From contig NC_068981.1 in NCBI RefSeq assembly GCF_001194135.2, forward strand, positions 7,890,617-7,936,403: 45,787 bases of DNA, in the 5' to 3' direction. The stretch comes from Octopus bimaculoides (lineage: Eukaryota). Each line of letters begins with the position of its first letter. The stretch's first letter is position 1. The notes under the pieces were generated by a model, which did no database searches, was not told the origin of the DNA, and saw nothing but the letters and a program-made list of their open reading frames with translations. Of the stretch, positions 1 through 13,662 are shown piece after piece. Position numbers and translations under genes: made by a program.

Positions 1-14
1 ATAGATAGATAGAT

Positions 15-72
<58 letters not shown>

Positions 73-91
73 GAAGAAAAAAATAAAAAAA

Positions 92-149
<58 letters not shown>

Positions 150-160
150 AAAAGAAAGAT
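1..160. repeat. (ATAG)n/(AAAG)n tetranucleotide microsatellite
   Basis: Read directly from the sequence. Confidence 0.95.
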
Positions 161-442
161 AGAAATATACATGCATATACACATAGAAGTGTGTGTGTGT
201 GTGGATGGGATGTAAGACTAACTGAAATCTATAATGAATAGCATCTGAAATTGCTCTCCTCTTCCCCTATTATTGAATATAACAATAAAAACAGCTGATT
301 TAGGCAGAGCCGTACAATGTGTGTGTAATTGGTAGAATATGGAACCTCCCCGGTAGAAACGGGTTCGGTGAGATAGTACGGCATTTATAAGGTAAGTTGG
401 AGGGGATTTGTAGAAGAAAGAAGAAAAAGAATTGAAGAAAGA

Positions 443-557
443 GAAGAAGAAGAAGAAGAAGAAGAAGAAGAAGAAGAAGAAGAAGAAGAAGAAGAAGAAG
501 AAGAAGAAGAAGAAGAAGAAGAAGAAGAAGAAGAAGAAGAAGAAGAAGAAGAAGAAG

Positions 558-586
<29 letters not shown>
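443..586. repeat. (GAA)n microsatellite
   Basis: Pure GAA run; it produces the poly-Phe ORF 218..604. Confidence 0.97.
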
Positions 587-589
<3 letters not shown>

Positions 590-1416
590 TTCGGAATATA
601 TCAAAGTTTAAAACCTAATTTAGATTTCATTGTGGGAAGCGTTCTTGTGATAAAAACATGAACACCTGCAGAAGACCATCAATCAGGAAAATAAAATACT
701 TGACTATGGATGGAAAACAATGTCTCTTGGAGAGACACCAGTTCCATTGCGCTTTGCATCAACTCTGTAAATTGGCATGAAGGCAATTTTAGGAATAATA
801 GTCATTTTAATAACTGGATTTTAAATGGTTTGGCAACAGATTGATTGTAAATCAGATATTATTGGTTGAAATATTCCGACAGCTGCTTGGCTGTCAAAAT
901 ATTTCTTCAGTGGCTGTTTACAATATGAGGAATTCCAAACCACCGAATTCTACAATTGTTTTAGTAACCTAAAAATAGATATAAAATACCAAATTTGGAA
1001 CGGATATACAGATCAGTGAACTTCCGTCAAAGATAAGAAACGGAAGTAACATTTTTTTCATTTGTTTTGGAGGGGATATAACTTTTTTTGTTTATATTGT
1101 ATTTCCGGAAGTTAATGTTGACCCATCTGATAATATGAAGTTAATTCGTTTTAAAATGTTAGTATTGCTTAGATTCCGCACAATTATACGTCATTGAAAA
1201 GTATATACTTTATTGCTTCCAAACAGATTTCCGTTACTGTAACAAATGGCTGAACTGCCGTGATGTCTATAGAAACTCTAAAATATATCAGACGTAATGT
1301 AAAAGTCTTCAAATGCCGAAAGAGTTGGATAGACTAAATCTAAAAATATCACAATGTGAATAGCATTTAATAATTGGTAGACAATTTCTCGACGCACATT
1401 TATGACGCTAGATCTA

Positions 1417-1540
1417 TATTTAAGAGATGAGGAATTATGTACATTATTTTCATTATTTACATTTGACGGATATTTGTACTCATCTTATTTGTTGTTAACA
1501 CAACGTTTCGGCTGATATACCCTCCAGCCTTCACCATGTG
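1417..1540 (-). mobile_element. Decayed copy of the hammerhead-bearing (Penelope-type) repeat tail
   Basis: 1441-1533 is nearly identical to 31648-31740 (acattatt...gacggatatttgt...aacgtttcggctgatataccctccagccttca). On the minus strand the catalytic core is mutated (ATGGTGA instead of CTGATGA). Confidence 0.8.
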
Positions 1541-1811
1541 TTATGATGAAGGACAAACGTCCGAAAGTATTTTCTTTTCATATAAGATTTACTCTAATAG
1601 CTTATTTGACAAATTTTCTTCTTCCTATATTGTAATTTTTGTTGTTTCCTATATTTACATATGGAATATTTTCTATGCGTGTTCATGTAATGTATAAGCA
1701 TAAATGTTCATGCATGGGTATATATATATGATTATATACATATATGCATATACACGCATGCATATATATTCATACATTTATCCATATACAGATCGCTAGT
1801 GTCGTAAATAA

Positions 1812-1844
<33 letters not shown>

Positions 1845-1940
1845 NNNNNNNNNNNNNNNNNNNNNNNNNNNNNNNTATATATACATATATACATACACAT
1901 TTATATGTATGTTTGCATGTATACATGTATATATGTATAA

Positions 1941-1978
<38 letters not shown>

Positions 1979-4900
1979 ATGTGTGTGTGTGTGTGTGTAG
2001 ACATACAAGTAGTTAGAACGGTGAATAGACTGATACATTGATTGATAGAAAGACAGATATATATATATACATACAAATGTATGTATACGTATATGTGTCT
2101 GTGTATATATATGTATGTACGTAAATATGTATATATGGGACGATGTATGTGGCTGGTACCTTGTGGTGAATAAAATATCACTTGATATACTGTCGTGCCT
2201 GTATTGTTTCTCACCGCAAGTATTTCTATAGCCAGGAGAGTCTCTCTTCTGGATGTCTTTCGTTTCTTTTACAATATATTTTGTAATAATTTTTTTTTCT
2301 TGTTAATCATGACGAAATCCTTAAAACTTAATCATCGGCTTTCTATTCTGTAAATAATGTAATGCAAGCTAGATATTTGGCTGTGAATCAATCCTACAGC
2401 TATTTCAGCACTTGAAAATCCCTGTAAATACTTACATTTCACTAATCTACTAATCCACTAGCTTAAAGTAATTAAGTACATCAACTAATTGAGATTTATA
2501 TGAGTAGTTTATATTTATTAACATTACCAAGGAAATTTATGATAATTAACTTATATCTCCACCACAACCACTTGTTTAAACTATGACATAAGTTAGTGTT
2601 CATTCGTTGAAATCTTATATTCAGTTTAGGTTTTCTAAGGGTGTTGCAGTTTAAGGTGCAATTTGCTAATCAGGTTTAATTAGACTGAGACATCTCCAGA
2701 TTCGACACCACCCTTATTCTCCACTACAATATGTTGTTAGTTATCTTAAATTAATTTAAACCCTGAATTTGTCTTTCTTGCTTTTCTTCGCCAGATTTAA
2801 GATATTAGGTTCCTCCATCTATTGGTGTAATGATACTTGATAGATAATCGTTTGACTCAACATCACATTGAATCTGTTATCGACCCCTTTACTAATTGTT
2901 TCCTTGTTCACACCAGACTCTTCTTCATTTATAAAGGATGAATTTTGGAATGAGCAATGAATTCTCACATTTAATGAATATGTCGCATTTATTTGTTTGG
3001 CATAAGATTCAGAATTCCATTACACAGACACACAATAGTAATGGAAATGCTGAAAGAGGAACAGCACTAAATACATTAAAATGCTTCTTTTTTTTGTTTT
3101 AGGCTCAATTCCTCTGGAGTTCAGCCTGAATTACATAACTTGTTGGACTTATGAATGCATATAATTAAAATGCCAATGACGAGGTTGGTTTAGAACTTAG
3201 TAAAAGCATAGCACAATATAAATACAGTGGCATTTAACAGTGTCCTTCATAGAGACAGTTATGTATCCAAATTAAGCACTAGAAATATTTCTATATCCAA
3301 TAAGAAGACAAACTATGAGAGATTGTTCATAATACATCTAGTCTCACCATTTTACGTACATTTCATTAACATAAGAGGATTATTAGTTACATAATGCAAA
3401 TTACTTGACGAAGATCTTTCTCCAATCGTCAGAGACTTGTAACTTTTAAATGTAATGTCATTAGATTGAAAGCTGTTGACAAAATTCACCATCGTTAAGA
3501 AAGCAGACGACCGTACAATTACAATACCTGAATGGGGATAAATATATGGAGTTCTAAAAGATGGTTATTTGTTGCACAATTCGAGGAAAAATTTACATTA
3601 GTTGTATATATAAATATGTTATGTAGCAAACAATCAAGTATTCCTTTGATATATGATGTATATAACATTACTTCTTGAAATATTTCTACTTATTTCACAT
3701 TTTCTTCACTCCTTATCAAAACAGAAGCGGATGAATAAAAGAATTGGTGGCGCAGCGGGAAAAACATTATTTCGAGATATCCATTACGTTCTCGACTGAA
3801 ATCTTTTCCAGGTTCGAGATGCTTTTTCCTATTTCGAAGTTAAAGAAGATAAATATTGGAGTCGATATTATCAACTGTAATGTAAAGTGCAATGGTGCTC
3901 CAGTATGGGTGCCATTGCTCACAGTACAATTACTGAATTCAGTGCCAGAATAAAATAAAAGGTTCTTATTTGAATGAGGGGCCTATGATGGTTATAAAAT
4001 CCCTATAAGAAGACACTTTTAATATATAAGGACCTTTTCCTACACCTCACCGTGTTACCCGTTGTAGACCTACATAAGGATAAAGTTCTACTAGTAACGC
4101 AATATTTCAACAAAACCTCTATCACATTCTTTGTCAAACCGGATGTTATCGTTTATTATGGGTTACTGAATGCGGCCAATCGTCACGTTCGTTGCAACAT
4201 TGAATACTGTGTTTGATTGCAGTATTTGTTTCGGTTCGCCACACTCTGAGCTCAGATTCTACAGAGATCAAATTGTGTATTTCATTCTTTCGAGGGCAAT
4301 AAACGAAGAATATACAAGGCGGAGTTCATAGAATTTCAGACAGGATATCATGAAGTATCTGTTACAATGATGTGGTCTAAGTTCAAATTCCACCAACATA
4401 TTCAAACCCCACCGATGGCTATGTCCCTATTCCTCTCTCACTGAGAAGAGGTGCCAAGGTGAACTGTGACACAACGCTATACCGAATATTTCTGCAATTA
4501 GTCAGGTCTCCCATAATCACAACACAGGTATGGCATGTTCTTTGATGATCCAGAACTGTGGGGATCGAACTTGTAACTCTTTCTCCGCCCCAATTAAACC
4601 CACAAATAAATGACTCCAGAGTTTCAGAAACCTTGAAAACACCCTCAACGAAAAAAAAAAAAAAATCACCACCACTGCCGCCGCCGCCACTAACGATGAC
4701 GGAGACGATCCATTTTATTTAACCAATGCCTCCATTTACCAATTTCTGTCGTCCCACAAAACGCCAATTCCTCCATCGATGTTATATCAATATTTGTTTC
4801 ACAACTCAAGCAACGCCATTTTAATTATTCTCTGGCGTCTTCTAGTCCCGTTTATGCATACATACAGCTCTTCTCTTCCGGATGAACAGGCGTAGAAGAG

Positions 4901-5292
4901 AATATTAAAACCGGATTTGAAAATAAATATGGTGTTTAATTAACTGTCAAGTGTGTTGTGATTAGGTTTAAGCGTGTGAATTGCGTTATGGAATTATTTA
5001 ACTAGTTTAATTAGTAATAGTTAAATGCATGTCAACAGGTAATACAATGAACATCACTGTAGACATATACTGAAAATCACAGTGTTAGCAGTAACTTAAC
5101 TATTGTTTTTCTCGCAGATGGTGTGTCTGAGAAATTTCCCATCATAAATATTCCTATTTATTTTTTATTTATCAATAAAATGTGACAGTTATTTTAATAT
5201 TCTGCAATCTACGGTCAACACCACGTGCTACACTAACGAAAATAAATTATACGTTGATTTGATTATTTATAACAACCAAAACTAACAAAGTT

Positions 5293-5480
5293 GCGAGGTT
5301 GTGTGGTAAGAAGTTTGCTTCCCAACCAAATGGTTTCAGGTTCAGTCCCACTGTGTGACAGTCTGGGCAGATGTCTTCTACTATAGCCTCGGACCGACCA
5401 AAGCCTTGTGGGTAAATTTGATAGACGGAAACTGAAAGAAGTCTCTCGCATATATGTGCGTTTGTGTGCATGTGTGTGTG

Positions 5481-5515
<35 letters not shown>

Positions 5516-5752
5516 GATGTTTGTATGTGTGTCTGTGTGCATGTGTCTGTGTTTGTCAGCCACAACCGATTGACAATCGGTGTTGGTATGTTTACGTCCC
5601 TGTAATCTAGCGGTTCGGTAAAGAAGAACGATTGAATAAGTATCAGGTTTTAAAAAATAAGTAATGGGGTCGATTTATTCAACTAATTTTTTTTAAAGCG
5701 GTGCCCCCAGCATGGCCGCAGTCTAATGACTGAAACTAATAAAAGATAAAAG
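5293..5752 (+). mobile_element. tRNA-derived SINE, family A
   Basis: Head with A-box-like gtggtaag and B-box-like ggttcagtcc. Body (gtcttctactatagcc, gacggaaactgaaagaag) and tail (catggccgcagtctaatgactgaaac) are shared with copies at 7018, 7758 and 42000. Internal microsatellite. Confidence 0.85.
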
Positions 5753-6614
5753 AAAACATATATATATAATATATATAATATAGATTTTCTTGTTACGCTA
5801 AGAAGCAGTGTAGGGTACCAGAATTTTCGACTCGAGTTAAATATAACAAACAGCTCCAAATTGCTGTTAAAGTATCTGTGTAAGAGCGAAGGCTATATAT
5901 CAGCACTACTATACGGGTTGACTATATTGATATACGTATATAAGGGAGAGTTGTTTGCTAAAAAAAATGTATATATATTTGTGAAAATAAACTTACATAT
6001 GCCCATGAGATGTGGTTAAAAACATAATTTGCCATCGTTGATATGAGAAACACAGACATACTCACAACACACACAGTTGTTATTTACCTAAATTGCAAAC
6101 CTTTCATTTAAAAGAAAATTAATTAGAAACTCTTCAAATTTTTATCTCACTTTTGGAGAATATCGTAGCAAAAAAAAGTCAGTTTTACTTCGTCATGTTC
6201 ATATCATCGCTTGTTTTTCTTTCAGATGTAAACTAAGTTTTGTGCCAACAAACTGTCGTTATCAATTAGAATGTTAATCTATAATCTTGCAGTAATCTTA
6301 ATCCATCGGTTAAGATACAAAATTCCACTATTTGCTGATTGGTTTTAAACGATAATTTGGACTGCGACCAAACATTCTTCGGTTCAACATGTCAATTCTT
6401 AGAAAGCGAAATTCTTGAAATACAATAAAGATGAAGAACTACTTAACTCATAGACTTTTAGAGTAGGAAATAAATTTACAATGTTTCGTTAATATTGTTT
6501 AACAAGCCATTAAGAACATTGGTAAAAAGTAGTCGAGGTAATGGTGGCGGGAAGAGGTGTAATGATAACTACAAAAATAACAAACATGTCGGAATTTCTT
6601 TATTCACTCGATTG

Positions 6615-6790
6615 AAGATGCGCGGCCTGGTGGTTAGAGTATAACTTTTTAGCATCTGAAAATAGAGGTTTCGATTCCTGGACCGTACTTTGAGTTGACA
6701 GATGAGTAATCCTGCGACAAACTGGCGTCTCGTTTGGTGGCGAATGTTGTGATCTTATTAGAATCATGTAACTTGCACTGTAAATCCTAG
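6615..6790 (+). mobile_element. Degenerate tRNA-derived SINE
   Basis: gcggcctggtggttagag (A-box-like) and ggtttcgattcc (B-box-like), followed by a decayed body. Confidence 0.5.
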
Positions 6791-7017
6791 AATTCGAAAC
6801 AGTAATTTCCAGGCGATGGTGATGATGATTTTTTCGATCAAAAATCCAAATCCGCATCGAAAATTAAAATGAAATCATGAAACTGGTGGGTTTCGCAAAG
6901 AAAATAACACAAAATGAAACATAACCAGTCTTCGCTGAACCGTTTGCTCTTCCTTTTCTGTCTCCTTTTCGCTCTTTCGCCTTTCTTTGCACATACTTGC
7001 GTGTATATATATTCATA

Positions 7018-7336
7018 GGCGCAGGAGTGGCTCTGTAGTAAGTAGCTTGCTTCCCAGCCTCATTGTTCTAGGTTCAGTCCCACCGTGTGGCACCTTCGGC
7101 AAGTGTCTTCTACTATAGACTCGAGTACGTGCATTTTTTGCCCTTACAAGGCCGCTGAGGCTTCGATGTGCCGCCACCGACTCCTCCTCCGTCCGCACGC
7201 GGGAGTCCTCACCCTTGCTGTTGTAGTCGCACTTCGCCTCGCACTTCGCCTCGCACTTCGCCTCGCACCTCGGCAGCAACCGCGCTCGCTCGTTCGTCCC
7301 CGTTCCTCGCCGGTCTACGCGTCATCGATGTATATG

Positions 7337-7368
<32 letters not shown>

Positions 7369-7572
7369 AACACACGCACTATATATATATATAAGTGTTT
7401 GTGTCTTCGTGTCTGTGTTTGTTCCCCACCACCGCTTGGCAACCAGTGTTGCTGTGTTTACATCTCCAGAACTTTAAAAAAAAAGTCCTGGGGGTCGATT
7501 CATTCGACTAAAAATTCTTCGAAGCATTGCCCCATCATGGCCGCAGTCTAATGATTGAAACAAATAAAAGAC
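7018..7572 (+). mobile_element. tRNA-derived SINE, family A, with a foreign GC-rich internal segment
   Basis: Head 7018-7125 and tail 7395-7572 align to the other family A copies; 7127-7322 does not. Confidence 0.8.
7227..7274. repeat. 12-bp GC-rich tandem repeat (TCGCACTTCGCC), 4 units
   Basis: Three exact units at 7227-7262 plus the variant TCGCACCTCGGC. Confidence 0.95.
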
Positions 7573-7757
7573 AAAATATATAAGTTAAAATGGAGTAGTT
7601 TTGGTGAAGCATTATATGATATTTCATTTAAAAGACTTGTTGGGGAAGGGCGGAACAATACGAGAAGAAATCACGGAAACTACTAGAAGAAAACAAAGTT
7701 GTTTCTATATTTCGGGGCTTTTTGAGCGAAATACAGAAATATAAGCTAATACTCCAA

Positions 7758-8133
7758 GGCGCAGGCTTAACCTTTCGGTAATAAGTTTGCTTCCTAACCA
7801 CATGGTTCCGGGTTCACTCCAGTTGCGTGGTACCCTCGGCTAGTGTCTTCTGCTATAGCCACGTGCCGACCAAAGTCTTGTGAGTGGATTTGTTAGACGG
7901 AAATTGAAAGAAGCCCGTCGTATATGTGTATGTCTTTGTGTCTGTGATTGTCCCCTATCACCGCTTGACAACCGGTGTTGGGGTGTTTATGTCCCCGTGA
8001 CTTATGGTCGGGAAAAGATACCTTTAGAATAAGTACCGGCTTTCAAATAAAAATACTTTCGATACGTTCGACTGAAATGAGACTGCATTGGACAACATGG
8101 TCGCACTCCAATGACTGAAACAAGAGGTAGAAA
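7758..8133 (+). mobile_element. tRNA-derived SINE, family A
   Basis: ggcgcagg head, catggttccgggttca, ccgaccaaag, gacggaaattgaaagaagcccgtcg and an atgactgaaacaag tail. Confidence 0.85.
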
Positions 8134-8142
8134 TATATATAT

Positions 8143-8172
<30 letters not shown>

Positions 8173-8173
<1 letters not shown>

Positions 8174-9202
8174 TCTTTTTATTATAGCCACACAGGGCTA
8201 AATACAGAAAATGGACAAATTACAAAGTAGAGCTTTTCTTGGGGGGGGGGATAATTTGNNNNNNNNNNNNNNNNNNNNNNNNNNNNNNNNNNNNNNNNNN
8301 NNNNNNNNNNNNNNNNNNNNNNNNNNNNNNNNNNNNNNNNNNNNNNNNNNNNNNNNNNNNNNNNNNNNNNNNNNNNNNNNNNNNNNNNNNNNNNNNNNNN
8401 NNNNNNNNNNNNNNNNNNNNNNNNNNNNNNNNNNNNNNNNNNNNNNNNNNNNNNNNNNNNNNNNNNNNNNNNNNNNNNNNNNNNNNNNNNNNNNNNNNNN
8501 NNNNNNNNNNNNNNNNNNNNNNNNNNNNNNNNNNNNNNNNNNNNNNNNNNNNNNNNNNNNNNNNNNNNNNNNNNNNNNNNNNNNNNNNNNNNNNNNNNNN
8601 NNNNNNNNNNNNNNNNNNNNNNNNNNNNNNNNNNNNNNNNNNNNNNNNNNNNNNNNNNNNNNNNNNNNNNNNNNNNNNNNNNNNNNNNNNNNNNNNNNNN
8701 NNNNNNNNNNNNNNNNNNNNNNNNNNNNNNNNNNNNNNNNNNNNNNNNNNNNNNNNNNNNNNNNNNNNNNNNNNNNNNNNNNNNNNNNNNNNNNNNNNNN
8801 NNNNNNNNNNNNNNNNNNNNNNNNNNNNNNNNNNNNNNNNNNNNNNNNNNNNNNNNNNNNNNNNNNNNNNNNNNNNNNNNNNNNNNNNNNNNNNNNNNNN
8901 NNNNNNNNNNNNNNNNNNNNNNNNNNNNNNNNNNNNNNNNNNNNNNNNNNNNNNNNNNNNNNNNNNNNNNNNNNNNNNNNNNNNNNNNNNNNGCCAAGCC
9001 AGGGATCTCTGGAAATTATCCATAGGCCCCGGCCCGAACGTCGTCTTGAAAAGGCGGGTTAGGAATTTCTCGTCGACACCCAGGTTTGCCCCGAGAGTGT
9101 CGTCAGACCTCCCCTCCACTAGTCCTCTATAGAACGCTTTGGTCGTTTGGAAGTTGCACAAGTTTGATCCCGGACGGCAGAGCTGTTGTAGAGCTTGGCG
9201 AC
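8173..9202 (-). mobile_element. 5'-truncated L1/Tx1-like non-LTR retrotransposon (middle lies in gap 8259-8992)
   Basis: Minus strand 8993-9202 reads CRQALQQLCRPGSNLCNFQTTKAFYRGLVEGRSDDTLGANLGVDEKFLTRLFKTTFGPGPMDNFQRSLAW. This resembles, from recollection, the Tx1 ORF2 region upstream of the C-terminal zinc knuckle. The 3' end reads gtgtggctatAATAAAaaagat. Both ends abut (GATA)n. Joining across the gap is inferred. Confidence 0.6.
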
Positions 9203-9233
<31 letters not shown>

Positions 9234-9238
9234 CAGAC

Positions 9239-9299
<61 letters not shown>
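9203..9299. repeat. (AGAT)n microsatellite
   Basis: Read directly from the sequence. Confidence 0.95.
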
Positions 9300-9300
<1 letters not shown>

Positions 9301-11064
9301 CTTCTAAAAATCTGATGGTGAGCCATAACATTTATACAGGATGTCATGAATCGAAAAAGACTAGAAAATAGCGGCACTAAGCTAATGTAATATTAGGGCA
9401 GTAAACTTAATTTGTCGGCTGATTGAACTCGTCACCTGGCCCTTGGCTGTCTTTAGTGGAACCGACTTTGTTGCCTGTATTAGAGCCAGGTCTCTGGTTT
9501 GAGAATAGCTTCCTGCCTTCCTCTCTTCTTTCCTCGCATATTGGGGGCCCCGAAAATGGGAATGGAAGCTGATTCTTCTTCTTTGACTAAGATGTAGAAA
9601 TAAAATGAATGAATAAATATATAAATAAATGAATAATTAAATATATAAAAACTGGGAAATATCTTAGGCTTCTAAAGAAAATGTCGTTCCGGTTGAATGA
9701 TTATAAATAAAAACGAAGCGTTCAGTGATCTTCCTGTCACTGAATGAATTACAAGATATTAGTTACTGCAAACATATCTCCGCCTTTTTCTATTAAACTA
9801 AACAGTTGATGGACAAGACACAGCTTTATGATAATAATTTACTTTCGTTTACTCTAATGGCATAATATTTTGATGAGAATTCTAATGAAATGTAAATGAT
9901 ATACAAAAATGTAAAGAAACAAATGCATTAATAATAAAAAAACATTAAGAGACACACAAACATATTGCCATCAACGAGTTATATGGAACGTTCGACTTGA
10001 AAGAAATATGAATACATTTTCAAAACTAAATATATAGTAATTTTATAAATAAAACCAACTCGATGAATTATTCATGAATTGATAATTGTTATTTATAAAT
10101 ATTAAATAATAATAACAATGTAAATGTAATTAATTATATATAAAACTATGGAGAACGAATAAGGTTGTGAGGTGTTCAATCCGCTCTCAAAGACATTAAG
10201 AGAACGAAGAGAATTTGATTAGAAATAGATACCAACTCTCGTAATTGTTTCAGCTTTCATCTTATTCTTCGGTTCACTTCACATAAAGTGTAACCAAGAT
10301 GTAATTAAAAAAGATGTAATCGCCAGCATTTTTTTTTTTTTTTGAGACGGATGTACTTGATATGGATTGTTCTACCATAGACTTGTGCATAGCAACCATC
10401 ATTTTAGTTTTAAGAAACATTGAATTTGGTCTCTAGTTCTGCTTAAGGAAAGGAGAATGTAGGAACTTTCTCAGCACATAAACTTGCAAAAGATTCGAAA
10501 TGTTTCCTGCTATTAGAGTCAACGGAATTCTTCCAGACGCTTCTTTTACACACAAATTGATCTCACAAAATTTTTAAAAAATGGAATTTCGTCAGAGATC
10601 CATTTCTTCTGCAAGTGACTTCTCGAAGTCTCTTTTATAACAACAACCAACAATTTTCCCAATAGTCAATATTGATGATGTTAACTTCATAAGACAGAAC
10701 TTCAATTATTGGTAAATTACAGAGAAAATGTGACCATTAGTTCTACAAGACTTCTGGTTCTTGGTTCTATAATTACATAAGAAGTCTCTACGCAGCTGAC
10801 CAACCTGTTAGAAACAGCAGACAAATCACATTTAAACCACACCCCACCATATTACAAAAGAAAGAAGACATTGAGCATTTTAGTCTCTGGCAGGATGGTC
10901 ATTTCTGGATAGTATTTCATCATAGCTTTGCTCAATCAATATTGAGTGGTTTAGATAAAGTGGCCATCAAGTTTTGGGGACAATAGCAGCGACTAATCCC
11001 ATCAAAATTACGGCCCTATAGAGATATATATACATACACGTATGTATGTGTGTGTATATATATA

Positions 11065-11098
<34 letters not shown>

Positions 11099-13552
11099 NN
11101 NNNNNNNNNNNNNNNNNNNNNNNNNNNNNNNNNNNNNNNNNNNNNNNNNNNNNNNNNNNNNNNNNNNNNNNNNNNNNNNNNNNNNNNNNNNNNNNNNNNN
11201 NNNNNNNNNNNNNNNNNNNNNNNNNNNNNNNNNNNNNNNNNNNNNNNNNNNNNNNNNNNNNNNNNNNNNNNNNNNNNNNNNNNNNNNNNNNNNNNNNNNN
11301 NNNNNNNNNNNNNNNNNNNNNNNNNNNNNNNNNNNNNNNNNNNNNNNNNNNNNNNNNNNNNNNNNNNNNNNNNNNNNNNNNNNNNNNNNNNNNNNNNNNN
11401 NNNNNNNNNNNNNNNNNNNNNNNNNNNNNNNNTATATATACACACACATACGTATGTATATATATAAGTACAAACGTCACAGAAGTGCCTACGGCTTTTC
11501 GGAACTCGGCTTGTCAGTCAATAGATAGGAGTTTACCCGTCGCTAAGAATTGTTTGACTGCTATTTCTAGCAATGCTGATTTGCTCCCCTAGTCACTTCA
11601 ATGACGTTTGTACTTGTGCGTTTTGGATTTTGAATAGTACACTCCCAAAACATGAAGTGATTGTCACAGTTGGAATATATCTGATCATCGGTCTGTTCAA
11701 CCTATGTTGACCGAAATCTTAATAATTTCAACAAGAACAAGAACAAGAGCGACAACAACAACAACAACAACAACAACAACAGCATTCATATAATTTGCTT
11801 GTGAATATCAATTTTCTTCCACCTCACATTGACGGTCTCCATTAGGAAGTCCTCGAAAACCCTTCGTTCTGTTCGTTATGGAAGATCCACCCTTAGTATT
11901 GGACTGACCCTTATAAGGCATCTCTCAGTGAACAATGAACCGTCACCTGTTGTCAGGTGGACACTTCACCTAAATTAACTCTGAAACTATTGTGATGAGA
12001 AGAGAGTTTAACAAACATAAAGCATATAAAATGGATGGCGAGAATGATGATTGGTGGTGGTGGTGGTGGTGNNNNNNNNNNNNNNNNNNNNNNNNNNNNN
12101 NNNNNNNNNNNNNNNNNNNNNNNNNNNNNNNNNNNNNNNNNNNNNNNNNNNNNNNNNNNNNNNNNNNNNNNNNNNNNNNNNNNNNNNNNNNNNNNNNNNN
12201 NNNNNNNNNNNNNNNNNNNNNNNNNNNNNNNNNNNNNNNNNNNNNNNNNNNNNNNNNNNNNNNNNNNNNNNNNNNNNNNNNNNNNNNNNNNNNNNNNNNN
12301 NNNNNNNNNNNNNNNNNNNNNNNNNNNNNNNNNNNNNNNNNNNNNNNNNNNNNNNNNNNNNNNNNNNNNNNNNNNNNNNNNNNNNNNNNNNNNNNNNNNN
12401 NNNNNNNNNNNNNNNNNNNNNNNNNNNNNNNNNNNNNNNNNNNNNNNNNNNNNNNNNNNNNNNNNNNNNNNNNNNNNNNNNNNNNNNNNNNNNNNNNNNN
12501 NNNNNNNNNNNNNNNNNNNNNNNNNNNNNNNNNNNNNNNNNNNNNNNNNNNNNNNNNNNNNNNNNNNNNNNNNNNNNNNNNNNNNNNNNNNNNNNNNNNN
12601 NNNNNNNNNNNNNNNNNNNNNNNNNNNNNNNNNNNNNNNNNNNNNNNNNNNNNNNNNNNNNNNNNNNNNNNNNNNNNNNNNNNNNNNNNNNNNNNNNNNN
12701 NNNNNNNNNNNNNNNNNNNNNNNNNNNNNNNNNNNNNNNNNNNNNNNNNNNNNNNNNNNNNNNNNNNNNNNNNNNNNNNNNNNNNNNNNNNNNNNNNNNN
12801 NNNNNNNNNNNNNNNNNNNNNNNNNNNNNNNNNNNNNNNNNNNNNNNNNNNNNNNNNNNNNNNNNNNNNNNNNNNNNNNNNNNNNNNNNNNNNNNNNNNN
12901 NNNNNNNNNNNNNNNNNNNNNNNNNNNNNNNNNNNNNNNNNNNNNNNNNNNNNNNNNNNNNNNNNNNNNNNNNNNNNNNNNNNNNNNNNNNNNNNNNNNN
13001 NNNNNNNNNNNNNNNNNNNNNNNNNNNATATACATATATATACACACATACATATATAGTAAATGCATAATACATACAATATATATATATATATATATAT
13101 ATGTTTATAGGCATACATGTTTACGTGCATACACACACACACACACACAGATATGCATACATAGACACACACACACACACGTTTGGCTGGTTTTTCAATT
13201 TGCTCTTTGGTCAGAAAAAAAACCCAGAAACATTATCAAGTATACCTGAAATAATTATCAGATGGAAAAATAATAAAAGACAAACAGAATAAAAAGATAA
13301 ATTGGCCATGCAGCTGGATTAACAAAAAGAAAAAAAAAATCAAAGAGAAGATGCTGTTGTTGTTGTTGTTGTTGTACATCATTCATTTGTTGACTGACTG
13401 CGGACCAATGGAACAATGGTCACAATGCGTGCCACGGCTTCGCAAAATACTCTGACATCTATATTGAAATCTAACTGGCGTTAAAGGCTTGAATTTTTTT
13501 CTGTTTTCCCCGATATGTGATGGTATTGTTGTGTGTCAATTTGTGTGCGCGC

Positions 13553-13662
<110 letters not shown>

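Noticed and set aside
304-396. Perfect splice donor AG/GTAAGT near 390 with short inverted repeats (GCCGTAC/GTACGGC)
   Set aside because: All three frames of the putative exon contain stops, the acceptor is weak, and a 7-bp stem is expected by chance.
10260-10680. Coding-like composition on the minus strand
   Set aside because: Multiple stops and no motif I could assign to a family.
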